Assembly (NCBI GenBank): GCA_034226945.1
Contig: CP120453.1
Location: 1,550,001 to 1,577,656 of the forward strand
Direction of reading: 5' to 3'
Length of the DNA stretch: 27,656 nt
DNA from: Picochlorum sp. SENEW3
Taxonomy: Eukaryota
The notes under the pieces are model-generated. The model saw only the letters and a program-made list of their open reading frames with translations, ran no database searches and was not told where the DNA came from. A program made the position numbers and the translations under genes. Every line of letters starts with the position of its first letter. Position 1 is the stretch's first letter. This document shows, in pieces, positions 1-11,897 of the stretch.

Positions 1-1
1 C

Positions 2-1504
2 CCTCGTGGGATGGTGGAATCCGCCTTTGAGTTCGCCGACATTTGCAGAGATATGGACTACCACAACTTTTTGTTCTCCATGAAAGCTTCCAACCCATTG
101 GTCATGGTCCAAGCCTACCGCCTGCTTGCGGAGGAGATGTATGCCAAAGACTGGAAGTACCCCCTGCACTTGGGAGTCACTGAAGCTGGCGAGGGTGAGG
201 ATGGTAGAATGAAGAGCGCAATCGGTATTGGAGCGCTGCTCATGGACGGGCTCGGCGATACAATCCGAGTGTCCTTGACAGAAGACCCAGAGTTTGAGAT
301 GGACCCATGCAGGCGAATGGCCAACTTAGGAAAGGCGGCAGATTCGGAGAAATGGGGTGTCCAGGAATTCGAGGAACACAGAGATACACATTTGTTCACA
401 CGTCGAGTGGGAGCATCACCTGCTCAAAATGATGGTGACAAGTATGACTACTCCCAACTTCTGCACAGAGATGGCAGTGTGTTCAGCGTAGTAAATGTAT
501 CCGAATTGGCCAAACCTGAAGCATTGTATCAAAAATTAGGCTGCAAATTAGCAGTTGGCATGCCCTTCAAGGATATTGCCACGTCAGACACGATCATCAT
601 GTATGATCTTCCTAGTCAAGATGATGCTGAGGCTTGCAAGGCGCTTCGCAGATTGCAAGAAGTTGGTGTGAATGTGCTTGCTCCAGCAGAAAGCCTTCGA
701 GAGAATCCTCTTGAGGGAGCTGTTCCAATTATGCAGCTCAAGGTGGCATCGGATATGTTCAAGACATCTGGAAAGGTAGACTCTGCAAATGGGCACTTTG
801 CTGTCTTTGTCGACGGAACAGAAACTGATGAGCAGATTGCTTCCCTGGGAGCAATGAAGCCTGACGTTGCCCTCCTCAGGATTGCTCCAGGTGTCTCCAG
901 AGTCCATGCCTCAAGAAGAGTGTTCGAAGTCCTGCAGCAGAACGATGTTGAGGTCCCAATAATTCATCACATCACGTTCCCAGATGGAACAGACAGGGAT
1001 GAAATCATCATTTCTTCAGGGGCACAAGTCGGAGCGTTAATGGTCGATGGCAAGGGAGACGGACTGGTGATCGATTGCGCCACAGAGGATGTAGAATTTG
1101 TCAGAAATACATCATTTGGTCTGCTTCAGGGATGCCGCATGCGCAACATTAAGACGGAATATGTCAGTTGTCCATCGTGTGGAAGGACCTTGTTCGACCT
1201 CCAGGAGGTCACAGAGCAAATCAGGGAGAAGACGGGACATCTGCCAGGAGTGTCCATTGCTGTGATGGGATGCATCGTGAATGGGCCTGGAGAAATGGCA
1301 GATGCAGACTTTGGATACGTGGGAGGAGCCCCAGGAAAAATTGATTTGTACGTAGGAAAGGAAGTCGTCAGACGAGGCATTGATATGGAAGGTGCACCAG
1401 ACCAATTGATTGAGCTCATCAAGGAAAATGGAAGGTGGCAAGACCCCCCAACAGACGATGATGAAGAGAGCGAACCTGCCCCAGCTGCAGCATCGTCATT
1501 CTAG
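2..1504 (+). CDS. ispG: 4-hydroxy-3-methylbut-2-enyl diphosphate synthase (HDS/GcpE), plant/algal long form; 5' part lies outside the window
   Basis: Frame open from base 2 (PRGMVESAFEF); YPLHLGVTEAG, GDTIRVSLTE; Fe-S motifs CPSCGR and GCIVNGPGE; long central insertion typical of plastid HDS. Confidence 0.97.
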   Translation, partial: PRGMVESAFEFADICRDMDYHNFLFSMKASNPLVMVQAYRLLAEEMYAKDWKYPLHLGVTEAGEGEDGRMKSAIGIGALLMDGLGDTIRVSLTEDPEFEMDPCRRMANLGKAADSEKWGVQEFEEHRDTHLFTRRVGASPAQNDGDKYDYSQLLHRDGSVFSVVNVSELAKPEALYQKLGCKLAVGMPFKDIATSDTIIMYDLPSQDDAEACKALRRLQEVGVNVLAPAESLRENPLEGAVPIMQLKVASDMFKTSGKVDSANGHFAVFVDGTETDEQIASLGAMKPDVALLRIAPGVSRVHASRRVFEVLQQNDVEVPIIHHITFPDGTDRDEIIISSGAQVGALMVDGKGDGLVIDCATEDVEFVRNTSFGLLQGCRMRNIKTEYVSCPSCGRTLFDLQEVTEQIREKTGHLPGVSIAVMGCIVNGPGEMADADFGYVGGAPGKIDLYVGKEVVRRGIDMEGAPDQLIELIKENGRWQDPPTDDDEESEPAPAAASSF

Positions 1505-1580
1505 AGTTTTGTTTCATTCGATGACGCATGAAAATGAATATATTATATTTTTAACTGGTCCTATACTACATATTTCCTAG

Positions 1581-2255
<675 letters not shown>

Positions 2256-2285
2256 CCTGTACAATAAATACATGTATGCCAATTT

Positions 2286-4903
2286 TTATATCGAAAGTTG
2301 TTCGGGCAAACTGCCTAGCATCTTTGGGCCCTTGCTGTCCCATACCTGGCATTTGGCCATTTCCGTTCCATCTTGGTATGCTCCCAGCTCGTCGGTGAAA
2401 GCATCGCTCAGGAAGATCTCCAAGTCTTCAAAACGTGCTCGACTGGCTACGAGCACTCGATTGTCATCATCCGATAGACTAGAAGATACCTTTTCCAGCA
2501 ATTTGACACACCTGAGCGTCACATTATTCCGCAGACCGGCAACATCTTCCCCTTCTCGAAGACAGCATTCGAGGACGAGGCATGCAGAGACACTGTCACC
2601 AATCTCCAAGTATCCCTCGCAGATTTTCATTGCAATTTTTAAAAAGAGTGAAGCAACTCCAGAGGCATCATTTTTCCAGTCACTCCGTGTCCTGATGACT
2701 CGCAACAAAGAAAGAACTTCAGGAAAGGTTGCAGGGTGGGTCATACCTCCGCACATCTCCTGTTTGAGCAGGACTGCTTGCTCCAAGAGTTTTCTCGCAC
2801 GTGACACTTCACCAGAATTTCCTATGGACAAAGATGCAGCAACATTTTTCAGGGCCCAAATCCGCTCCGTGACTGGTGTTTTGGATTCCCTTTCTTTGGC
2901 TCTTGCTCTCCTGAGATCTTCCTCCTCTGGCCATTCTTCCTCCAGCAGTTTAGCTGCCAGCAATGCCTTTTGTGCTTTTTCCTTCTGAATCAATTCATTT
3001 TTTCGCTCAATAGAGATATTTTTTTCAGCAATAGCCATAGTTTCCCGTGAAACTGGATGCGTTGGACCTAATATTTGGGCGATCAGGCTGGAATGTGCCA
3101 TGAGTGAATCTGGTGGCGACCCTGCAAAGGACTCGTTCAGCCTCTTCCTCGTGAATTCAGCGCACATTTCGAACCATGCTGGGGCATCACTTTCTTTTGA
3201 AGGTCTAGTATACAGAGAGCGGTCTATAAAATGTGCCACCTCAAGGCACACACCCAAGTTCTTTGGTCCACCAGAGAGGCATTTCGGTTCTGCACGGATC
3301 CCTTTGTACAGTTTTTCATTTGAATCCTCCATGGACTCCATGAACAACGCTATAGTGTCTTGATTACCCTCATCCTCTACAATCTTATCTAAAAACGTAT
3401 CGTAAAGCTTCTGATAGCTGAAAGGGTGGTCTTCAGGCAACACGCCCGACTCTGTTCGGCACTCGAATGATTGGGTCAGCGACCCAGTCCCCTGCAGATC
3501 TGCCGTGCTGCTATCGAGACACTCGAGCGCCATCAGCGTGCTTCTCATTGAGATGACAGACATCCAATGATTCGCCTCTGGACTTTCCATCAATGTTAGC
3601 GGCCCATCCCCACCCATTTTCTGCAACTGCAAGGCAGATAGCACAGAATCTGCACAGTGCTTCATCACCGTAGATATCTGACTCGGTGCGTCTGCGGCCA
3701 TGTCCTCCATCGATGCATAATCCTTCTCAACGGGATCGACGGGGCCTCCCATCAGGCTGCCGGCCTCCACAGTGAGCCGGGCCTTGGCCTGTTGCTCAAG
3801 AGGCCCTGGCAAGAGCGTGCCCTCTGGAGGGACTGCTACTGTGACAGACCCTTGCACCCGGACAGCAAATGTAGACATCTCCTTTTCGGCCTCTTCCCTT
3901 GCTCTCATTCTGGCTGCAGCTGCCTCCTCTCTAGCTTTTATTTCAGCCAGTTTCTTCTGCCGTGCCTCTTCTTCCTTCCGTTGCAACTCCAACAGGCGAA
4001 GCCTCTCTTCCTCTTCCCTCCGCTCCCTCTCAACTCGTCGCGCCTCCTCTAGTGCCTCTTTTTCTTTTTGCAACCTCGCCTGATACTCTTCATCCAACTT
4101 ACGCTGTTGTTCCTCGTACTCTTTTCGTGAGGCCTCGACCTCTCTCCTCTTTCTCTCCTGCTCCTCCCTTGCTTCCTACGCAGTAAAAATGACAGTACAT
4201 CTGGATAGCAGTAGCACCTTTCCACAAACACTCGCACAAGAGATCGTACCTTTTCATACTTTTCCTGTAATTTCTTCTGCCGGTCAGCTTCCTTGCGAGC
4301 CTTCTCGGACACCTCCTCCACTCGGCGCTTCTGCTCTGCAGCCAGTCTCACCTCCTCTTGCTCCTTCCACTCCTGCCTCTTTCGACGAAGCTCGACGTTC
4401 ATTAGTCGAGACTTTTCCTGGTTCCTAAACAGCCGAGCAGAATCATATCTTAATTCTTGAGCCGACAACCTTCCAAGAATCCCCGACACGACCGCAACCA
4501 GTGTGAGCAGATACCCGTCTAGACCATGCATGGCAGGGGCGCTTGCTTGAGCCAGCGGCGATATCGCCCCCTTGCTCTGCTCCAATTCACACAGCGTCCC
4601 ACCCACATGCTCTTGAACCTCTATAGATCTCGATGCACAGCACTCTCCCTCGCCACGATGCTCGGTAGCAATTCCTTCCTCCGCTTCCTCAAGACTGCTA
4701 GAGTCCTCCTTCGAAACCACGCTCACATCCTCCCCATGATCAGCCTCTGCCTGACACAAGCATCTATTAATGCGCCTACATGTTGACGCTGGAGAGACAT
4801 CGGCAAGGCGTGGCGCATATGCGGACCTTGGTCCCACCCAAGAGCAGGCTGCTTCCTGTCGTCGCACAGAGTCAACATACGAGCAATGCGATACCACTCT
4901 CAT
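2286..4903 (-). CDS. Unknown ~847-aa protein: transit-peptide-like N-terminus, one hydrophobic segment, long E/K/R coiled coil, helical C-terminus; exons 4903-4250 and 4175-2286
   Basis: The two listed minus ORFs (4049-4903, 2286-4097) join in frame through a GTACGA...CGTAG intron at 4249-4176 (74 nt); the coiled coil continues across the junction. Confidence 0.8.
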
Positions 4904-5179
4904 CTTTTCAGATAGAACAAGATCTTAATCATCATCATGGAAACAAAAATAATAAACTTAATGCATCGAATACCATAGTGATGTCGCAATGAGCAAATGA
5001 TCCATTTGCTCTCAAGCAAAAGGCCTTCTTTGATTGAGATTGATATCAAAATATTATGGTCCAGTCTCCTTGCCCTGGAGAGAAAACAAATATATAGTCC
5101 GGTGCATTCTTACACATAGTGCGAGTCTGAGTTGAAAGACAGGCAGACTGCTGGAATCGAGGCATACCAAGAATTCCTC

Positions 5180-6425
5180 ATGGCCCAGCATCAGTTCAAC
5201 CAATATGGGCAACAGGGGTGGTCTCAGCCCCAGCCTCAGCAAGGATACTCTCAGCCAAGTGTTTTTGTTCCACAGGTCCGTGTTAGGCTCGCGTGGACTC
5301 TGGGATTGTTGACGTCAGGGCTCGTTCCAACTGTCAACAAACATTGTACCGTTTTTCTGATGTTCGCCGCGGATTCTCGACGAGATCTAACAACATTCGA
5401 TTATTTTGGACGTGTGCAGAATCCAAGCACGATGCAAAGCGGCGGGGCGGGGCCCTCCTTTGCTGGAGTCGATCCGTTTCTGTCTGGAGTGGCTGGAGAC
5501 GTGCTGCGGCAACAAGGTCAGTCATATTTGCAACGCAGTCAGGCATACATGCAGTCCAAGATAGGGTTTCTGTCTGGTGGGACGGTATCGTACCTCTTTG
5601 CAGTGACACCAGAGTACGGTGAGTGGTTGCTGTCATGCTCGCCCCTTGGTTGACGTGGTGTTTGAACTATTGTTGTTGGTTCCAACCTTGAATGCAGTGG
5701 TGCAAAAGACGATGATGCTTCTCCTTCCATTTTTAAGGAAATGGACATATTCTAGAATACCTGACCAGGTACGTGACCTTTGCAGCCCACATGCCAGAGA
5801 TTCACACACACCCAAACACGTCTCTTCTCCTCTGCAGCTGAGTGGTCAGCACAAGTATCAGCCGGCAAAGCAGGATACGAATGCTCCTGATCTCTACCTG
5901 CCAGTGACTTCGCTATGGACATATTGTCTTCTTGTTGGATTCGCCCTCTTTGTGAAACAGGCATTCAAGCCGGAAGTAATTTACAATACTGTCTCCTTGT
6001 CAGTAGGGGCATGGATATTCCATGCCATGGTTTTAAAAACCCTGCTCTGGGCCATGAGCATATCTGACGCACCGATCATGGAGCTCTCTTCTTATGCTGG
6101 ATATTCGTTCGTGTACGGCTGTTTCGTCGTGTCGGCAAGGCTAGCAGGTGGCAGTGCTGCAGGGCATGCTGTTTGGGTGTATTGTAGTTTTGCATATGCG
6201 TTGTTCCTTGTGAGGACATTGAAACGTATTATTCACCAAGAACCCAAATACCATTATGGTGCGTCAGAGATTGTGTAGCTTGACTGTCCTGTTTATAAAA
6301 ATCTGATGCAGTGATATATTATATTGTATGCAGGAGGGCCAGCTCATCAGAATTACTTGTTGCTAGGCCTGGCCATTTTCCAATTCCCTTTGATAGGATG
6401 GCTCTCGCGAATCACTGCAGTATAA
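5180..6425 (+). CDS. YIF1: YIF1/Hrf1 ER-Golgi membrane trafficking protein; introns 5276-5419, 5619-5697, 5769-5837, 6259-6333
   Basis: YLFAVTPEYVVQK..LLLPF, DTNAPDLYLP, SYAGYSFV, FLVRTLKR; four GT-AG introns keep the frame to TAA at 6423-6425. Confidence 0.92.
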
Positions 6426-6461
6426 AAATTGTAGTATAGCAGGATTGTAGGAAAGGGAAGC

Positions 6462-7223
6462 ATGGAAGAACAACAACAACAACCAGAGTGTAGCATGTCG
6501 AACTTGGTCAGCCAAGGGGCAGAGGCGGTATGTCAACACTGGACCATGTCGTCTATTTTTTGATACACACATGATATGAATATTGCCATGCAGAGAGTCT
6601 GGGAGGTTCGTGAGCTGAACATGCCGGCCATTCGGAAGCACCGATTTTCCAAATCGTACCGTTTGGCAGAATTGGACCAACAACTGACCGTGACAAGGCT
6701 ACGACAGGAAGTGAGATCTCTTCTGAGGGCAAGAAAGCTGGGAATCAAGACACCAACGCTGTACAGGGTGGATCTGGCGAATAGCAACATCATCATGGAA
6801 AAGATCCATGGCATGACGCTCAAGCAGGCTCTGCTGCAAGATGCATTGCTCGATATGGCTGCAAAACGCCGCATATTAAAATCTTTGGGGTCTATGGTTG
6901 CAAAGTTACATGATGGAGATATAATTCACGGAGATTTGACGACGAGCAACGTGATGATGTCTGGTGCATCTGGGGACAACAAGCATGCCACCCTGTACTT
7001 GATTGACTTTGGATTGAGCCAATTTTCGGCCCTCTCGGAAGATAAAGCAGTCGACTTGTACGTTATGGAGCGTTCGTTTAATAGTGCTCACCCAATAGAT
7101 GGCGAGGAATTGTTCGCCGAGTTCATGACATCATACAGACGGTCATCCAGGGCCTGGTGTAGCACACTGAACAAACTCGCCGAGGTCAGAATGCGCGGAC
7201 GAAAGCGGTCAATGGTCGGTTGA
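6462..7223 (+). CDS. BUD32: KEOPS complex kinase Bud32/TP53RK; intron 6528-6593
   Basis: SQGAEA|RVW, KHRFSKSYR, IIHGDLTTSN, LIDFGL, EDKAVDLYVMER, C-terminal VRMRGRKRSMVG. Confidence 0.96.
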
Positions 7224-7237
7224 GAAATACAATATAT

Positions 7238-8161
7238 TTATTTTCTTTTTCGTTTCAATCGTCGTTTCATTTCTTTGGCGTGCCACGCCTCCCACGAGGT
7301 CTTGTGTTTATTGTACAGTCCCAAGACAGCTCGGGCATCCTGCACAGAGTCGTGCTCTCCCGTCTGTATGGTTAAATTCAGCTCTTCTGCGACAATGAGC
7401 CTCAACGCCCTAGGTTTCAGTTTTCCTGATATCAAACGCCTCATGAAATCGGGGTAGTGCGCTGAATCTCGAATGTGCGACTCTGGGTGGGACAGCCCAA
7501 GAGCATCCAGGTCATTCTGCAATGCATGCCCCACCAACACCCGCCCCCGTACGATTGCTTTGACTCTGTCGACAACATGGGATTTTGGAGGAGCCCCTAC
7601 TAAATCTTTTGCTCTAATACCACTCCATTGTGTCCTGTAATCTGTGATCTTTTCAGTTGGGGACACAAACGTATCGTAGACCAGATCCCCTGACGAATTG
7701 ACGATCGAAACACGAGCTAATATACTAGATACACCCCCTGGACCACTCCCAACCATTTCACAATCTAAAGCCAGTACCTTTGTGAGGCTACTGTGAATTG
7801 TCCTGGCCGCTTCCTCGTGAATCTTCTCCGAAGACGTCACGTTCAACATGACCTCTGAAGCTGACTCTCCCGTGCGATGCTTCCCGTCTTCTGCCTCCGA
7901 CAACTTCTTTCTTTTGCCGGTGGAAATTGTAGCTTTCAATATATCCCAGTTTGTCGTGCCAGGAGTATTGCCACCCACTTTGGCTGGGTGGTCCTCTGTG
8001 CTATGGCTCTTCTTCTTCCTCTTCTTGCTCTTCTTCCTTAAAGACGGGGCGGATGCCCCTTCCGTATCGCTTTGACGCACTTGTGACTCAAAATTAATAC
8101 CAGTCACCTGAGTACTACCTACGCCAAGCCGCCTGGCCTTGTCTTTCGTTCGTCCACCCAT
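7238..8161 (-). CDS. REX4: RNA exonuclease 4 (DEDDh 3'-5' exonuclease)
   Basis: ALDCEMVG, TDYRTQWSGI, LVGHALQND, IQTGEHDSVQDA; basic nucleolar-type N-terminus. Confidence 0.94.
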   Translation of the reverse strand: MGGRTKDKARRLGVGSTQVTGINFESQVRQSDTEGASAPSLRKKSKKRKKKSHSTEDHPAKVGGNTPGTTNWDILKATISTGKRKKLSEAEDGKHRTGESASEVMLNVTSSEKIHEEAARTIHSSLTKVLALDCEMVGSGPGGVSSILARVSIVNSSGDLVYDTFVSPTEKITDYRTQWSGIRAKDLVGAPPKSHVVDRVKAIVRGRVLVGHALQNDLDALGLSHPESHIRDSAHYPDFMRRLISGKLKPRALRLIVAEELNLTIQTGEHDSVQDARAVLGLYNKHKTSWEAWHAKEMKRRLKRKRK

Positions 8162-8229
8162 CCTCAGGACAATGTGCTTGTTGCCACGACAATTGATACC
8201 CTCAGTCCTTTCTTTCCCTCATTATCAAT

Positions 8230-8253
8230 TATGTATGTATGTATGTATGTATG
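8230..8253. repeat. (TATG)n microsatellite in the REX4/mS33 divergent intergenic region
   Basis: About 6 tandem TATG units read directly. Confidence 0.9.
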
Positions 8254-8377
8254 AAATTTGATTTGCAATCGACATTGCCTTCATAAATGCATGCACGGTT
8301 TGCAATTTATTCTATTTATTTACAGAGATTTACCGCACATTGGTTTGATACGCACATCGCCGCGAAGTAGCCTCTAC

Positions 8378-8398
8378 ACATACATACATACATACATA
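8378..8398. repeat. (CATA)n microsatellite, inverted relative to 8230-8253
   Basis: About 5 tandem CATA units read directly. Confidence 0.9.
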
Positions 8399-8435
8399 TG
8401 TATTAGGTTCAATTCTGGCGAAGAAGATTGCAGGC

Positions 8436-9007
8436 ATGTCGTTTCCATGCCGTCGTCGGATTCTGAGCGACTTCTCGGGGTGTTTCGCGCTTGCAAGACT
8501 GTCGAATCTGGGTGCCTCCGTGTCCGATGGCACCGTATACAGTGTTATGAGTAGAATATTTTCGAATAGCAAAGAGCCGTTGTTGTCAGAGGCTACGTTG
8601 GTTCGGAGAGTGTCCTCAGTCTCCAACAGGCAGCAGGAAGCTGGGCGTAGTGATAGCGGTGCTCGAAGCGAGACATTAGAAGAGGTGCGAGCAAGGATAT
8701 TTGGACACCATATAGGAGACGGCCTGAGATCAGGCAGAAAGATTCTGGCAAAGCCCCTCATTGGCGACCAGGTAGCATCATACTATCCTGAGGACTGGTT
8801 TGCTGGAGACCCCCTCCTGTTGGATGTAGAAGCTGAAAGGTACGAGTCGCGAGCTTTGTGGCATGGTCTAGGCTACTGTCATCATGGTGGTATCATTGCA
8901 ATGACACATTATTATGCAGGGCAAAACATAAACTGGATCGTCTCAAGAGGCGAGGGAAAGCGCCTCCCAAAAAAGGTGCTGGAAAGCGTTCTGGGAAGAA
9001 CAAATGA
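8436..9007 (+). CDS. MRPS33: Mitochondrial small-subunit ribosomal protein mS33 (Rsm27); intron 8840-8919; start could be 8547
   Basis: RARIFGH..GDGLRSGRKILAKPLIG..VASYYP; after splicing LKRRGKAPPKKGAGKRS. Confidence 0.9.
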
Positions 9008-9066
9008 TCAGGAAAATTCATTGTATGCCATAAATTAATCCTTTAAAAGCAAATTTCATCGATTGA

Positions 9067-10790
9067 ATGGTATTCTTCCTGAACTCGTTCAAATTTGTTG
9101 TTGGAAAGACACGCACCGCCTTCCCTGTCTCAAGGTATACAACAGCGAGATCATATTCCTCCGATTTCAAACAAAGCATTAATATGAATATGGTGAGTGC
9201 AACAGGAATGGATGCCATCCAAGGGTTGGAACCTCGGGCAGTTTGGGAATTTTTTGGCACACTGTCGTCCATTCCTCGGCCTTCGTTTCACGAAGAACGG
9301 TGCGTTTCAAAAGAACACTCCAAGACATGGGAGGGATCGCAAAAGTGATGCTCATTGAATGGATATATGCACGCAGGGTTCTTGAGTGGCTCAAGGAGTT
9401 TGCTCAAAAGCGTGGGCTCACCTGGGACCAAGACAAGGTGGGCAACTTGGTCATTCGCCATCCGGGTACGCAGTCGGGCGTGGAGGCGCCCACCGTCATT
9501 ATTCAGGGACATGTCGACATGGTGACTGAGAAGGACGAAGGGAGTGTCCACGATTTCATGTCAGATCCCATCAAGCTCATTCGGGATGGGGACTGGATCA
9601 CAGCAGATGGCACTACGCTCGGCGCTGATAATGGCCTGGGAGTTGTGACGGCATTGGCTGTTCTTGACACACCCAAAGATAGCAAAGATGTGCTATTGCC
9701 ACCAATCGAAGCTCTTTTCACAGTAGCCGAGGAGACTGGGTTGGTGGGGGCTTTTGAGCTGGATGGGTCAATGTTGACCGGCAAGACATTGCTTAATCTG
9801 GATACAGAAGATTGGCCAGATATTTTCATCGGCTGTGCAGGAGGGGGAGACTCCTTGCTGACCCTTGACATGAAGCAGGAGTATATCCCCAAGGACTCAA
9901 AGACATATGCACTGAAAATATCTGGATTGGCCGGAGGACATTCGGGCCTGAATATTTCAGATGGCAGAGCTAACGCGGTGAAGATTGCTGCGGATCTTCT
10001 GGATCGTATTCACGCCATGCTCCCACATGTGCGGGTATGCAGTTTCACCGGTGGGGACAAGAGAAATGCTTTGCCACGAGAGGCGACACTGACGCTGCAG
10101 CTGAGCGAACCCCAGGCAACCAGTGTTAAAGCAAAGTTGGAAGAATGGAATCAAGAGTACCTCAAGGAATTCGGTTCCAGGGAGCCTGAGATTGCGTTTG
10201 AGTTGACTGCTGCAGCACTGCAGAGCCACACTGTGCTTGCAGAGCAAGACATCGAAGCGTTGACAACGATGCTCCTCAGCCTTCCACATGGTGTCATCAA
10301 GAACAGTCACGCCATGGATGGCCTCGTTGAGACCTCGAACAATGTTGCCTCTGTGAAAATGACTCCTGGGGATGATGATGCAACAAGCAGCGTATGTGTA
10401 GTACAATGCAGCACCCGCAGCAGTATTGGATGTGCTTTAGAACGGGTCAGAAGGACGATTCGTAGGATTGGAGAGGGATGTGGAGCTGACGTGCAACAAA
10501 AGCAGGCGTATCCTGGATGGCAGCCCAACCCCAGTGCCAAGGTGGTGCAATTGTGCAAGGACGCCATCACAAGTACCACTGGCACCACACCAGAGCTGAA
10601 AGCAGTCCATGCTGGCCTAGAGTGCGGAATTTTGGGGGAGCGAATCCCTGGCGTGGAGTGCGTATCGTTCGGACCAACCATCAGGGGTGCGCATTCACCT
10701 GATGAAAGGGTCCAAATCAGCACCGTGGAACCATTTTGGAAGGCTACATTGGCACTTTTGGAACGCCTGGCCACAGTAAGGGTACAATAA
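9067..10790 (+). CDS. pepD: M20 aminoacyl-histidine dipeptidase (PepD-like) with probable organellar presequence; intron 9300-9376
   Basis: IPRPSFHEE, QGHVDMV, TTLGADNG, EETGL, NLDTED, HAGLECG, GAHSPDE. Confidence 0.93.
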
Positions 10791-10800
10791 TAATACTTGC

Positions 10801-11327
10801 TCCTTGTGAGGCACCTCCCAGCGGCGAGGCGCAAGGACTGTGCATGTGGACATTCGAAGGCATCAATGGACCATTATGCCCGAGAATGCCCTATTGCCAA
10901 ACATGTCTACAAGCTCCTCAAACCAGAAAGCATGCTTGCTGGAACAAACAGCCATTTCCAACTCCTCCTTCACAACATATGGAGCAACACATCTCCAAAG
11001 GAAGTCGACGATGCCATATGGACTGAGATTAGTATTATTACCATCAATGCTTTGGATGTGGGCCGTAAAACAGCCTACAGACTCCTCAACCACTCCACCA
11101 CAGAACATCCACCACAGCCACAGGATATCATCAGAAAGGCCAGCCACACAGCAGAGCAGTACTTCTGGGAACTGCTGAAACAACGAAAGCCAAGCTTCCC
11201 TCCACCATCGCCAACAATGAAAGAGTTGCCATTCCTGAAATGGCAACCTGCTAACAGACGTTGGGTGTTGAAGAAACCCCTGGTATGGACTCTGACTAGG
11301 AACAGAACAGCTACACTCAAACAGTGA
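10801..11327 (+). mobile_element. 5'-truncated L1-like non-LTR retrotransposon (ORF2 C-terminus); may extend to 11758
   Basis: CCHC finger CACG-x6-H-x4-CPIA followed by NIW...P...IW...NALDVGRK...A...FW.LL...PFLKW, a pattern I recognise from chlorophyte L1 ORF2 ends. No RT domain and no ATG start. Candidate TSD AATACTTGC at 10792-10800 and 11759-11767. Confidence 0.7.
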
Positions 11328-11897
11328 ACAAGGAAGCGCTTGCCACTTCCTACATAGACCTTAGCATTAAAGAGAGACTAAAGTCAGATTTGCCCGAAGT
11401 ATGATGGCCCAACTGCTCCTGTACGGTTTAGTGGTACCAAAGGTAAAAATTCACAACCTGGAGCAGTCGTCATATGGACGGTCGAGGAAATCTGTTTCAT
11501 TCACTATGCTACACTGGCTCAAACAAAACACTACAGAGAAGTATGTCCAATGGACAATGTACAGGTCAGGAGGTTTTGTATCCCTTTATAAATTTCTCAA
11601 CATTTTATTTAGGGATTTCCTCCTGTGGGGCTTGTATGATTTGGAGGAAATTCGTCATATTTTTCGACTGTGTAATAATCCCCTATAAAAATACATGTAA
11701 TAAATGCAAAAGAATAAATACGTAACCTCGGGTGTTAGAACAAACCAGGTTTACAACAAATACTTGCAAGGCAATCAATCAGTCCTAGAACGAGAGGGAG
11801 GTTGATTGAGGCCGTTTCGTTTCGCAACGGTAATAAGAGTACGGAAAAGAATAAATATATTTATAATTTGGATGGTAGGCTTTCGGTGTGACTGGGA

